Below the pieces are notes generated by a model that made no database searches, was not told where the DNA came from, and worked only from the letters and a program-made list of their open reading frames with translations. 64,000 nucleotides of DNA from the NCBI RefSeq assembly GCF_009914755.1, contig NC_060925.1. One strand, written 5' to 3'. Positions 24,864 to 50,161 of the stretch are shown piece after piece; positions within the stretch are counted from its first letter, which is position 1; every line of letters starts with the position of its first letter. The position numbers and the translations under genes are program-made. The stretch comes from the human T2T-CHM13v2.0 reference genome, Homo sapiens.

Positions 24864-26439
24864 TAGTAGAGACAGGGTTTCACCATGTTAGCCAGGATGG
24901 TCTCAATCTCCTGACCTCAGGTGATCCACCTGCCTAGGCCTCCCAAAGCGCTGGGATTACAGGCGTGAGCCACTGCGCCCGGCTAGGCTAAACTTTTTTG
25001 GAAGTAATTTTTCCAACTCCCAACATAATTTCCAATAAATACCACTGTCATTACAATGATTTTGCACCATCTTTGGAAATGCTTTTAAAATGGGAAGAAA
25101 ATTTCATTTTTAATCAGAAAATATGAATAAATATTGCTTACTGTTTTATGTACTTGAAGTTAGAGGAAGCTCATTATTAATCATGATCTGATAAAAGTGG
25201 AGTTTTAGAAAAGTGAAACTTATGGAAGCATGGAGAGCAGATGGAGGAAGAAAATGCTGGTCATAAGTTGGAAAATTATCCATGGTGCAGTAATTTAAGT
25301 GAGATAAAAGGATGTGTTTGTTTGTTTATTTACTTGAGACAGGGTCTCATTTTGTCACCCATGCTGGAGTACAGTGGCGTGATCATGGCTCACTGCAGCC
25401 TCCACATCCTGGGTTCAAGCAATCCTCCTGCCTCAGCCCTCCAAGTGGCTAGGACTACAGGCCCGCACCACTACGCCTGGCTAATTTTTGTAGAGACAGA
25501 GTTTTGCCATGTTGCTCAGGCTAGAAGTGTGTTTAATTGGTCATGTTTAATCAGACAGCCATTTAATATTTATAATACCAAAAAAATGTTTCTCACTGAG
25601 ACCATCCACACTACTACTATGTCTATTAGGTTTTCCTTTGTTCAGATGGTCCTCAAAGCATAGTAATGCTTTGATTTGTAAGTGTTTTTTAAGAATGTGA
25701 AGTGAGTAGTTTTTGAATCATTTGGCAAGTTCAATTTTTAAAATCTGAATCATTAATATGAGTAATGTCTGAACAAATCCTGGTTACATAACTGCTCCTT
25801 TCCCAGGTGTAACAATTAGTTTATCTGAGTTTTAATCAATAGCTGGGTGCCCTTTGGGACTCCAAAATTGCAATTTCTAACTTGGATCCCAATCAATATG
25901 TTATATCTATAGTAGTTTTGGAAACGCATAATGGCTGATATATGACATAAGCCAGGAAAGGTCTATCACTTGAAATCTTTAGAGGTTGGAGGCTATTTCT
26001 GTTCCCTATGCTTTTTTTTTTTTGTCTTTACCTTTTGTCCTTAAGGAATAGGATGCTAAGAGGGCCAGTCTTCCTGCAGTGATCCTGGTACAGTGGGATC
26101 CGCAGTCTAACTGTAAAGTCCCTAAGCCACGAGAAAAGAGGCATCTCTGACAGCTCCTCCCTGGGGATCCCAGAGGCCACAGAGGAAGGTGGCAGAACAA
26201 GCAACTCATAGTGGACAAATGTTCTCAGTAACAGTGCAGTGAAAGTTCTCTGGAGGGACCAGGCCCAGCTTTGTGTAGCCACTTTGCGTTGAGCACTAGT
26301 TGAGGGTCTCCCATTTCCTGTGGGAGTTCTCATTTGGGTCCTATTTTTATTAGAACTTTTCTTGCATTATCTCCCTCCTTTTAGTGTCTCTACTGGATTT
26401 TGTTGACATTGTGTTGACCTATGCCCAAAGTATACCCCA

Positions 26440-26887
26440 TGTATCAGAGAAACAGAACCAATAAGACACACATCCAGCCTACCCTACACACGATTCCTTT
26501 ATTTTAGGAAACTGGCTCATGCGATTGTGGGGGTTGGTTAGTCTGAAATCTGTAGGACAGGCTGGCAAGATAGAAAATCAGGTAGGAATCGATGCGTCAG
26601 TCTTGAGTCTGAAATTTGTAGGGCAGACTGGTTGGGTAGAAACCCAGGCAGAATTTTATGCTGCATTTCTTTTTCTCTAGGAAATCTGTTTTACTCTTTA
26701 GGTTTCCAACTGATTAGATGAGGCCTACCCACATTACAGAGAGTAATCTCCTTCACCCTCAGTCAACTGATCGTAGATGTTAACCACATCTACAAAATAT
26801 CTTCATACAACTTCTGCATTAGCACTTGATTAAATAACTGGGTATTATAACTTAGCCCAGTTAATACACATAAGGCTAACCACCATA
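26440..26887. mobile_element. MLT2-type (ERVL) LTR
   Basis: cagagaaacagaaccaata...aactggctcatgcgattgtggggg...caactgattagatgaggcctacccacatt...gttaaccacatctacaaaat. Confidence 0.75.
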
Positions 26888-27007
26888 CCTAACATAAAAA
26901 GAATTACAAAAATAACTATGTGCCAAGTGTAAGGCTAAACACTTCAAATGAACTATATTATTTAAGTTCAGTTGAACTTAAATACTCACAACAAACCCAA
27001 GAGGTAA

Positions 27008-27256
<249 letters not shown>

Positions 27257-27895
27257 TAGTAGAGATGGGGTTTCACTGTGTTAGCCAGGATGGACTTGAT
27301 CTCCTGACCTCATGATCCGCCCGCCTCGGCCTCCCAAAGTGCTGGGATTACAGGCATGAGCCACCGTGCCCGGCGGTAAGTAGTATTATTAATCCCATTG
27401 TACAGATAGGGAAACTGAGGGTTAGAGTAGTTAAGCAATTTGCTTAAAGTCACACAATGAGTGAGGCATTGAGTCAGTACTCAAACTTAAGTCTGTCTAA
27501 TTCCTGAGTTCACGTTCTAGGAAGTTCTTTATAACTAATAGATCTCCTGTGCTTAGTTCCCAAATCTCCAGTAAAATCACTGAAACTGCCTCAAAGCTGA
27601 GAGCCACAAGCCTGAGAGTGGCCAACACACTGTGATTCTTAGTTCTAGTTCTTAGCCTTCAAGACCACGTGAGCTTCCAGAGATATTAGCCCAGAGGAAT
27701 TCCAACAGTATGGTTAAGCAACATAAGAATGAAAAGCAGGTAGGCAAGCCTAACCACTTACTCTGGTTTTGAAGGCAATACCCACAGAGGGAAGTTTCCA
27801 CTCTCCATTTTGGCTTATCTAACATTGTCCAGATTCATCATCTACTATACTGTTAAGATTTTGAAGATGGACTCTCTTAATTCCTAACATTTTAA

Positions 27896-28209
<314 letters not shown>

Positions 28210-28669
28210 GACCCTCCTCTTTTTTCTATTTGTTTTTTCTCTTTTTATCATTATCAAAAGCCCATTGTCCCATACTTTCTCCTTCCTAATTTCATTCAAA
28301 ACCTTTCCTCTTAGGAAAAGAATGTTTAAAATTATTCACTCCACGGTGTGAATAATTATTCATCCCAAGGTTATCTCTCCTAGCAGCCTTTGCATTTGCA
28401 TTGAAGGAAAACCTTCATTTAAATGACTAGATTTCTAATTATGGGATGTTAGGCATTAGCCAAGGAGGCATTTAGTAGCTATGGAAGCTTCCAGTTGAGG
28501 TCATTCTGAGAAATTCTTTGTTATCACTGCCTGCCTTGTTTATGTCTAGCCCTATTCGGAAGAAACTCTCTTTGTGTTCAAGTACTGACACTTTCCCCAT
28601 ATCCATTTCAAGAGATAAACTTTAAACTAAGATGATAGTGAAATAATAGGGTAGGAATTAGGCTTATAT

Positions 28670-32078
<3,409 letters not shown>

Positions 32079-32415
32079 TATCTATTTCCATCAATACTAC
32101 TTCTAACAATGAATATTGAGCATTTATTTAATCCTCACAATAATTCTTGGAGGTAGTACTATTACTATTGCCATTTTATGGGTAAAAAATTGGGGGCTTA
32201 GGGAGGTAGTAAGTGTTGGAGCCACGCAGAAACCTAGAACCTGTTTACTCTCAAGCTCAGGCCTTAACAGGTACAGCTAACATTCATCCCAAAGAACAGG
32301 ATGCAGAGGGATAGAGCAGGAAAATGACATAAATTACCTCTGGGGGGATTTCTTAAAGTTGACTCGAGTTTATCGAAATTTCAGTCTTAAGCCTCATTTT
32401 CTAACAGTTAATTAG

Positions 32416-32790
<375 letters not shown>

Positions 32791-32819
32791 TAAAGGTGAT
32801 ATGGAAAAGCCAATCCTGA

Positions 32820-33026
<207 letters not shown>

Positions 33027-33177
33027 TAAATATGCGATTTTACTGGCCTAAAATTTGGGAAGGGAAGGAGGATATAGAGAAAGCCTGGGAGAAGCTTGCC
33101 AAGATTCCTCTGTTTCCAATAATGGAGGGGCAGGAGCAGGCACCACCTTCTCTCTCTGAGGCACACACTCTCAGTTT

Positions 33178-33213
<36 letters not shown>

Positions 33214-35949
33214 TTGTGTATGTAGAGATGAGGTTTCACCATGTTGCCCAGGCTAGCCTCGAACTCCTAGGCTCAAGTGATCTGCCTGCCTTGGCCTCCC
33301 AAAGAGCTGGGACCACAGGCATGAGCCACTGTGCCTGGCTACCAATTCTTATTATATGGATTTTAAATTTCCAAATAATAAAGTTAGAAACTAGTTACCC
33401 TTCCTTGCGACGTGAATTTTCAGGCCTGAAGATTTGTGTTAGGCAGTGCTTCACCTTCCCAAAATAATTCCCTTTGAGAATTATTTCAGATGTCAACTAG
33501 GGAAGCTCTTTCCCCTCAGAAAAGCAGTTAAATTCCACTCAATCTTTCAGTTTCTGAGGTCTGTAAAATCCAATGTCCTAACCAGGATTCCTGCTAATTC
33601 CCAGTGACTTATAATTTCATGATCATTTCTGCCTTCAGCTCATATTTTGGGGCGTGCTGTTTTTGTTCCTCTTTCATTCATGCCAGCCCAGAATTTAGCC
33701 CCACATGACTTTTCAAAGGAAATTCATTTCCACCAACATTTTACGGATTTTAGTAGACTTCACTGAAGATAGTGGGATCATGGAGAAGAGTCAATTCATA
33801 GAAAGCCATCACGGTGGCTTCACTCTCCTCTCTTTCCTTTCCCCCGTCTCATTCATATGACTTCCTTTCAGAAGCAAAGCAAATTCTTCCCCTGGCTCTG
33901 CCCCTGATGGAGACAGGGTCTTGCTATGTTGACCTGGTTTGTTTGTTTGTTTTTTAGAGAGATGAGATCTCACTCTGTCGCCTAGGCTGGAGTGCAGCTG
34001 TGTGATCCTCCTACTTCAGCTCCCAAAATGCTAGGATTACAGGTGTGCAAAGCAAATTCTTCGCCTGGCTGTCTGCATAGCAGTTTTTCAAGCCTGATGC
34101 TTCAGCAAGTCCTTGAAGCCTCACCCTCCACAGCAGCACCTTATCCAAGTATTTCCTCCAGCAGAGGATTCTAGTAGAAAAAAGAAAAAATATAGCTATT
34201 CTATTATAGAAAAAAAAAGCTTATTTTATTCTGGAAAAGAGGACTTATTCTATATTCTTCAACAAGTGTGTAAATAATGGTGACAGTAAAATTTAAAAAG
34301 TCTCATCTAGGAAGTCATGTTAAGTTTCTACTTTTGGTGAATGAAAAATTATTGGTGAATGAAAAATTATTCTAAATTGGGTGGGTTTTAAAGGAAAAAA
34401 TCATCTAGAGATTTTCTTGCCTGGGCCTTTACTTAATCTATGATGGGGACAACACCAAGGTTTAATGATTACTTCAGCAATAAATGACCAAAGAAAGTAC
34501 ACATGGTGATCTAAAGGCAAACATTCTAGTTTAGTAAGTAAGTTAAAACTATATCCACTTTGCCCATACTAATGCTGATCAGAACCTGTTTTTCCAATGT
34601 AAATACTGCAACTACACTGGTTGTGTTACACTTAAAATTGGGCAAAGTTCAAAGAATCTCAATTGCACCTACTCCAGGAAGCCAAGTGTTATGGGTCGTT
34701 GCAGATGACCAACCAGGGACAGCTTTAGGATTTTTACACAGCAGGAGCATACAGCAGCTTTCTAGGTGGAGAGGTAGGGTGAGAGAACAGGTCTTGAAGG
34801 TGCATGTACATAGCACTTTATAAAAATTGAGAAAATACTAATCGTCTGTATCAATGATGGGGGTGCTAATGAAGACTGTAGGGATACTAAAGCCCATTCT
34901 CTCCTTTGGTGCTACCCATGGCCCTGGGGGCTGAAATGGTCTGGAGTCTTTCTGACTTGTTGGTTTCAAACTTGAAGCCATCCAAGAATTGTTTCAGCCC
35001 CTTTTGGTATTGAGAATATATAAATTCACTACTACTGATAGCCTCAGACATTCTTGAAAAAAGGAGTCCCCACCCAAGGCTGGTCTTTGTCTCAACCAAA
35101 GACTGGCAGCAAGGATTCATGGGTTAAAGAGAGGGGCAAGAATTAGGAGGTAGTGGGTCTAGGAGGTAAAATCAATTTCATAGCTGAAGGAAGAATGGCC
35201 ATTTATGTATTATAGAGGACAAAATGCAAAAGACAGTTGTGGAACACATACAGGTTATACCATATTTTTGGACCAAACTCAGAAGTGCACATGAATATGA
35301 CCTGTGTACAATCCATGAGGTCCTGTGCTTACTTCCTGGTTTTAGGATAGCAACACTTTGAATTGCAAAGTCACTTACTGACATCTAATGACCCTGTCAT
35401 TAGCCGCCTTCTCTCTCTGAGGCATTGCCCCAAACACCCACAAACACACAAACTCAAACTCACCTGCTCCTGCCCCTCTGTTACTGGAAACAGATGAATC
35501 TTGGCAAGCTTCTCCCAGGCTTTCACCAATATCCTCCTTCCCTTCCCAAATTTTAGGCCAGTAGCCAGTAGCTGCACCCTTCTTCAGGTATACTTAGATG
35601 GAAAGAAGTAGGTCATTTGTTCATTTCCCAATTTTATTTCTGCCCCTAGAAATACAGCTTCATCTTCTGGCAGCTTGCTGGCCACACTCCTCCTTCTGGT
35701 GAGTAGAAGCACTGCAAGCAAGACCAAATTACCCCTAATCCACTGCAAATCTCTATTTGTCAAAACAAAACAAAACAACAACAACAACAAAACACCTCAA
35801 ATAAAACTAGAGGCCAGGCCTGGTGGCTCATGCCTGTAATCCCAGCACCTTAGGAGCCCAAGGACATCATATTACCTGAGGTCAGGAGTTCGAGACCAGC
35901 CTGGCCAACATGGCGAAACCCCGTCTCTAATAAAAATACACAAAAATTA

Positions 35950-36444
<495 letters not shown>

Positions 36445-36984
36445 CTAGAAGGCCAGGCTCAGTGGCTCACGTCTGTAATCCCAACACTTTGGGAGGCCAA
36501 GACAGAAGGAGAACTTGAGCCCAGGAGTTCGGGACCAGCCTGGGCAACATAGCAAGATCCTGTCTCTACAAAAAAATTTAAAAGGCCAGATGCAATGGCT
36601 TACACTTTGTAATCCCAACACTTTGGGAGGTGGGAGGATTGCTTGAGTCCAGGAGTTTGAGACCAGCCTGGGCGACATAGCAAGATTCCATCTCTACAAA
36701 AAATAAAAAATTAGCTGGGCATGGGGGCATGCATCTGTAGTCCCAACTACTCTGGAGGATGAGGTGGGAGGATCCCTTGAGCCCAGGAGATCAATGCTGC
36801 GGTGAGCTCCGATAGCACCATTACACTACAGCCTGGGTGACAGAGTGAGACCCTATCTCAAAATAAATAAATAAGTGTTATTATTTTAAGCCTCTATATT
36901 TTCAAGTAGATTGTTATATACTAACTGATAAATGGAACAACTAAAATAAATGGTGAGAGGTTATAATGTGCCTGCCATAATAGT

Positions 36985-37765
36985 ATACCCATTTCATTTA
37001 CTCATTAAATTTATTTTATACCAAACTCTGCTATGCATGCTGGGAATACAGCAGTGATTGCAACAGATAATGTCCCTTTCCTGACTTCACAGACTGTTTG
37101 GGGTAGGGAGGGTAGATGCACTAAACAAATTAACAAATGTGTAATTCCTAGGTTGTAACAAATGCTGTGGAGAAAAAGCAGGATACAGGGAAGAGAGAGT
37201 GATGGGGTATTTTATTTTAGATGTAATGATGAGGGAAGGCCTTCCTGAAAAGAAGACCTAAAGAAGTAAAGCAGCACACCAAATGAATATTTGGTGGCTG
37301 ACTAGTGAAAGCAGAGGGAGCAGCTAGTACAACGACTCTGAGCTAGGAGTGCGCCTAGAGGCCAGTATTTGGAATGGAATGAGGAAAGGTTGAAAGGAGA
37401 AGAGGTGAGGTCAGAGAAACATGTGGAGTCCAGAGCATGTAGGATTTTGTGGGCTGTGATGAGGAATTTGGCCACTGGAGAATTTTGAGCAGAGGAGTAG
37501 CATACTCTGACTTGTATTTTTAAAATATCAGTCGGGCTGTGTGGAGAATAACCTGTAGAAGGGCAAAGTTTGAAGCAGAGTGAACTGTTGAAGTTAATGC
37601 AATGACCTGGGCAATGATGATGGTAGCTTGGACCAGGGCAGTAGCAGTGGAGGGCATGAGAAATGGTTGGCTATTTTATATATACATATTTTAAAGTGCA
37701 GCCACTAGGATATGGATGTGGAACTTGAGAAAAAGAGAATCATCAAGGGTGACTTGGGTTTCTGG
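36985..37765 (-). mobile_element. L2 LINE fragment
   Basis: L2 3'-end motifs (cattt..ctcattaaatttatt, ggagaattttgagcagaggag, gatgatggtagcttggaccaggg). Confidence 0.75.
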
Positions 37766-38337
37766 TGTTATTTGCTCTTTATCAAGTATTCTTAATGTAC
37801 TTGTCCTGCCTCTTCCATCGGAGCTCCTGGAGTCATTCGGTGTATTCAAACACTCATCTGATGGCTGTGCTGTCAGTGCTAAGTGCCATTCCGATGACTC
37901 CTTTAAGCACAGACTCTCTAAGATGCTGACCCCATGCAGAAACATGAAAATGACTAAGAGCATTATGAGCATCACTTTGAGGTTGTCTATAACAAATATA
38001 ATTACACCTTTATGTTTGCAATATTTCCTTGAAGAAGTTGGCTTTATTGTCATGTGCTAAGGGAAAAAGCCATAATTTATGTTGTTTCTCCCAAAAACTT
38101 GGTGAGCTTTCATGTATATATCTTAGGTCCTCTTTATATGCCCAAATAATTGAAGAGGGAGACAGACATTGGTGTAATTTAACAGGTAGATTCTCAAAAG
38201 GATTTATAAAGTTTGTCATTAGTCATATATTTTAAACCTTGATGAACTGGCAAAATAAGACCATGGTCACTTTCAATAATTCCAGAAAAGATGTAGACTC
38301 ACAATTTTAGTTCTCAGGTAGGATTCTTAGCTTGTAA

Positions 38338-38885
<548 letters not shown>

Positions 38886-39178
38886 TAGTAGAGATGGGGT
38901 TTCACTATGTTGGCCAGGATGGTCTCGAACTCCTGACCTCGTGACCCACCCGCCTCGGCCTCCCAGAGTGCTGGGATTATAGGTGTGAGCCACCGTGCCT
39001 GGCTGAAAACTGCTTTTAAAGTGGCATTGACCTCTAAAGTTTAGCAATCCTTGGGCATTCCAACTTTCTTTTTTATGACTTGTTGTAAACTTCACCTCTA
39101 GGAAGCCATCTAAATATTACAGAATTACTTAAATATTTTGACTTTTGTATGTTAGGTAGCTGAAAAATTGATGTTTAA

Positions 39179-39460
<282 letters not shown>

Positions 39461-40554
39461 TGAACTCCTGACCTCAGGTGATCCACCCGCCTCAGCCTCC
39501 CAAAGTGCTGGGATTACAGGCGTGAGCCACCGCCTGGCCTGACATTTCTTTCTATTCATAGGGGCTTCCATCTGGTAACAGGACTATGTCCCTTAGTTCA
39601 TACTGATCAGAGTTTTGAAAGTCTTCATTTTCTGGAAGATTTGTAATGCTTCAGTTTCAGCCTGATGACCTGGGAGATAACAATCAGCTTCCCAGCTACA
39701 GTTTCATCTTTATTTTGTCTGTTTGTTTGTTTGAGACAGGGTCTCATTCTGTCACCCAGGCTGCTCAGGAGGCTAAGGCAGGAGAATCGCTTGAACCCAG
39801 TAGGCGGAGATTGTGGTGAGCCAAGATTGCACCACCACACTCCAGCCTGGGTGACAAAGTGAGACCCTGTCTCAAAAAAAAAACAACTTTTTTTTTTTTT
39901 TGCAGAGATGGGGTCCCCCTATATTGCCCAGGATGGTCTCAAACTCCTGGACTCAAGCAATCCTCTTGCCTTGGCCTCCTAAAGTGCTGAGATTACAGGC
40001 GCGAGTCACTATTTGTGTCCAGCCCACTATTTTTAATATATAGAAATCTGGGAGCCCCCTTTCTTTTCCCCATGCACTGTCCCAATCAAGTCTGAGTCAT
40101 CAACAACAGATCAGTGGAAGCCAGTGAAAGTCTAGCACAAGCCAGGCCAGGCATGGTGGTGCATACCTATAGTCCCAGCTGGTGGAAAGGCTGAGGCCAG
40201 AAGATTGCTTGGGCCCAGGAGTTCAGGCTGCAGTGACCTGTGGTTGCACCACTGCATTCCAGCCTGAGTGACAGAGTAAAACCCTGTCTAAAAAAAAATG
40301 ACAAAAGAAGTCCAGCACAGCAGACCAGCAGGGAGAGGCTCAGGCATTGTGATCTTTGTAGGGTGTGAAGTTTCCATGAAGTATTTCCCTTTGACCCGGG
40401 CAAGAGGGAAACTTCCTCTGACCCTGCACTTTATAAAACTCTTCATGTCACAAACATACAGAAAAGTAAGTTTAAAGAATGATGGCTACAGGCCAGGTAC
40501 GGTGGCTCATGCTTGTAATCCCAGCACTTTGGGAGGCTGAGGCAAGGCAGATCA

Positions 40555-40908
<354 letters not shown>

Positions 40909-41109
40909 CTAGAAATCAACACCTTCCAGGCTCTAGGGATATGCTCCTTCTCATTTCTCATGCTGTGACCTGAAAACAAAAGGCGACTGTGTCTGAATGT
41001 CATGAAGATTTTGGAGTTGTGCTGCAGTTGACATTTGAAATGGACGCTGCTTTGGAAAGCAGGGAGGTTTGAGTAATGGAAAGTTGTTTACCTAGTAGGG
41101 AAAAAACAA

Positions 41110-43370
<2,261 letters not shown>

Positions 43371-43371
43371 G

Positions 43372-48085
<4,714 letters not shown>

Positions 48086-48878
48086 CAACTTCTAAATATT
48101 CAGATGAATAGTATGTGGGTCTTCCTATGAACCCTTGCCCTAAAACATGCAGAAGTTAGGAGTCGGCCTGTTTCCAGGCAGACTTTCCTTCCTGATGCTT
48201 TTGCCTCCAGTGTAAGCAGGGCCTGACCAAGACATGGAGCACCTTTGGTAGGCTAATAACTTGATAATCCACCAAAATGAAGGTTTTTAAATATTTTCTA
48301 TAAATACGAATTGAATACCTCTTTCTTTACCCTTTCAAAGGTGGCTCCACAAAAGTAGAATCACACTTCCTGTGAAAAGTGTTTTAAGTTTTCTCCTCTA
48401 GAGCTCTGTTGACATCGGCCATAGCGAACTCTGTTTATTTTTCCTATTATATAAGGAATTACAAGTTGGAATCAGAAGTAATTGGCATCCTAATCCTGAT
48501 TTATTCTAGTGGCAGTGTTTTGGAGTCACTTAACCCTGTCATCCTGGTTGGCCGTCCCTTCTCCCAGCTCTAACGGTGAGCAGCTGATACCCTGCTAGGT
48601 GCTGGAGAGTCAGAGGTGGACATCAGGGCCCACCTCGAAAAGTTGACAGTCTGTGGTGGGCTGAAGCCAGTAGAAAGCTGCTGTAGGAAGGCAGAGGAGT
48701 GGCCCCTATCCCAGGCTTGGGGCTCTCAGGGAAGGCTTCCTGGGGGTGAGATGGGAGGGTGGGTCCATATGCTCTTGGACCAGAATGAGTAGCCCAGAGA
48801 AGGCAAGAGGGCTCCCAAGCAAACTTGTCCTATTTAATTTTTTTTTTTTTTCCTGCTTAGAAAAGCAAAATGCGTTAT

Positions 48879-48952
48879 GAACAAAACAAAACAAAACAAA
48901 ACAAAACAAAACAAAACAAAACAAAACAAAACAAAACAAAACAAAACAAAAC
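48879..48952. repeat. (AAAAC)n pentanucleotide microsatellite, ~14 units
   Basis: Perfect ACAAA repeats ~230 bp upstream of the RPL5 TSS. Confidence 0.95.
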
Positions 48953-49182
48953 GCTGTAGCAAAGAAAGCGAAAGGCTCCAGTAATCCTCCCTGCTCCTCC
49001 TCACCGCACGGATCCTGTGAGATACCCCGAGCATTGGAACCTGGAGAGCTTGGGCAGGCATTCACCCTCCTTCCAGCAGGGGGCGGAACGTAAAACGCCT
49101 TGTGGCCGACGCCCTCTCTCTTTCACACGTCACTGGCGTGACCGTCCGCGCTACATACTGCGCCTGCGCAAGGGCTGTGGCC

Positions 49183-49256
49183 CTTTTCCCACCCCCTAGC
49201 GCCGCTGGGCCTGCAGGTCTCTGTCGAGCAGCGGACGCCGGTCTCTGTTCCGCAGG
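49183..49256 (+). other. RPL5: RPL5 5'UTR beginning with a 5' terminal oligopyrimidine (TOP) tract CTTTTCCC
   Basis: Pyrimidine run followed by a GC-rich UTR, then ATG|gtgagt. Confidence 0.85.
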
Positions 49257-49259
49257 ATG
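49257..49259 (+). CDS. RPL5: RPL5 exon 1 coding part (ATG only)
   Basis: AGGATG|GTGAGT donor. Confidence 0.95.
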
Positions 49260-50161
49260 GTGAGTGGATGCCTCGGTCTCGGGGCTTTAGATGCATGGAG
49301 GTTCCCTTTTCTTGCCCGTATGCCAGCCTAGGGCCCGTCTCGCGCGTCGCAGGGGCCGGATGGCGTTAGATTGCTAGCTCTGACTTGGTCGAGGTGCAGT
49401 TCCCAGCGTGGCCTTAAATGGCTGCCGCCCGGTGCGCGAACTTGGGGGGAGGGGTTGGCGAAGAAGGGTTGCGTGAGCTTGGACGGCGGATTGGGGAGAA
49501 GGGTGAGTTTAGTAGACAGCCTGAGTGCGGATACTGCCGTCTAGTGTGAGGGGGCGCTGGCAAGCGGCCGGGCGTGAGAGGTCGCAAGCAGTCGACCTCA
49601 GCCTAGCTGGGGAACGCCAGAATGGAGGGGGGCTGCAGGTCCTCGGGTCCCACTCGACCTCCGAGTACCGAGTACTTCGTGGGTTTTCCAGGAGAATGTC
49701 GGAGCCGGCAAGTCTTAGATTTAGGAAGCTTGTGCCCGTGGGCTGAGCAAGTGGCTTTTAAGCCAAAATTGTCAGTGGAGCTTGGAGGCCGAGGGGTCCC
49801 TGGGCCCCGGAAGCTCCTTTAACATGGAATACGTGCCTCCTGCCTCTTCCTCTAGAGTCCGTCGCCGGATGAGTTTTTAATTATTGGGGTAGGGCCCCAA
49901 GGGTGGGATGAAATGTTGCTTTAGCTGATGGGGAACAGTGCTGTTTTAGTGGGGGAATTACTGCTGAATGTGCTCTTGCCCAGTTAAGCTTTGTGGCAGG
50001 TAATTTAGGCTTTTGAAAAACATAACATGGGAAGCGAGAGAGGTACGTAGTTGTTATTTGAGGCTAGGTTTTCGAAGTGGGACATAGCGTGTTCCGAACA
50101 AACCGACGTTTGGCATCACTGATTGCTGTCTGGAGCAGTGCTTCGCAAAAGTTTGGCACAA

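Larger units (their letters stand above)
49000..49870. promoter_or_regulatory. RPL5: RPL5 CpG-island promoter: GC box/ETS (~49080-49088), CRE/E-box-like CACACGTCA (~49124-49132), NRF1-like TGCGCCTGCGCA (49159-49170), TOP/TCT initiator (49181-49190), YY1-like AAATGGCTGCC in intron 1
   Basis: Motifs read directly. The architecture is typical of ribosomal-protein promoters. Confidence 0.85.

Noticed and set aside
34334-34369. 18-bp tandem duplication (also a 14-bp one at ~21546-21575)
   Set aside because: Ordinary slippage duplications with two copies and no spacers; not CRISPR-like.
37691-38235. Overlapping 114-120 aa ORFs on both strands as standalone genes
   Set aside because: They run into L2 sequence and lack promoter and poly(A) context. 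Retained only as part of the decayed-gene hypothesis.
49443-49503. G-rich run in RPL5 intron 1 as a G-quadruplex
   Set aside because: G-tracts are common at first-intron 5' ends and the loops are irregular; no specific evidence.
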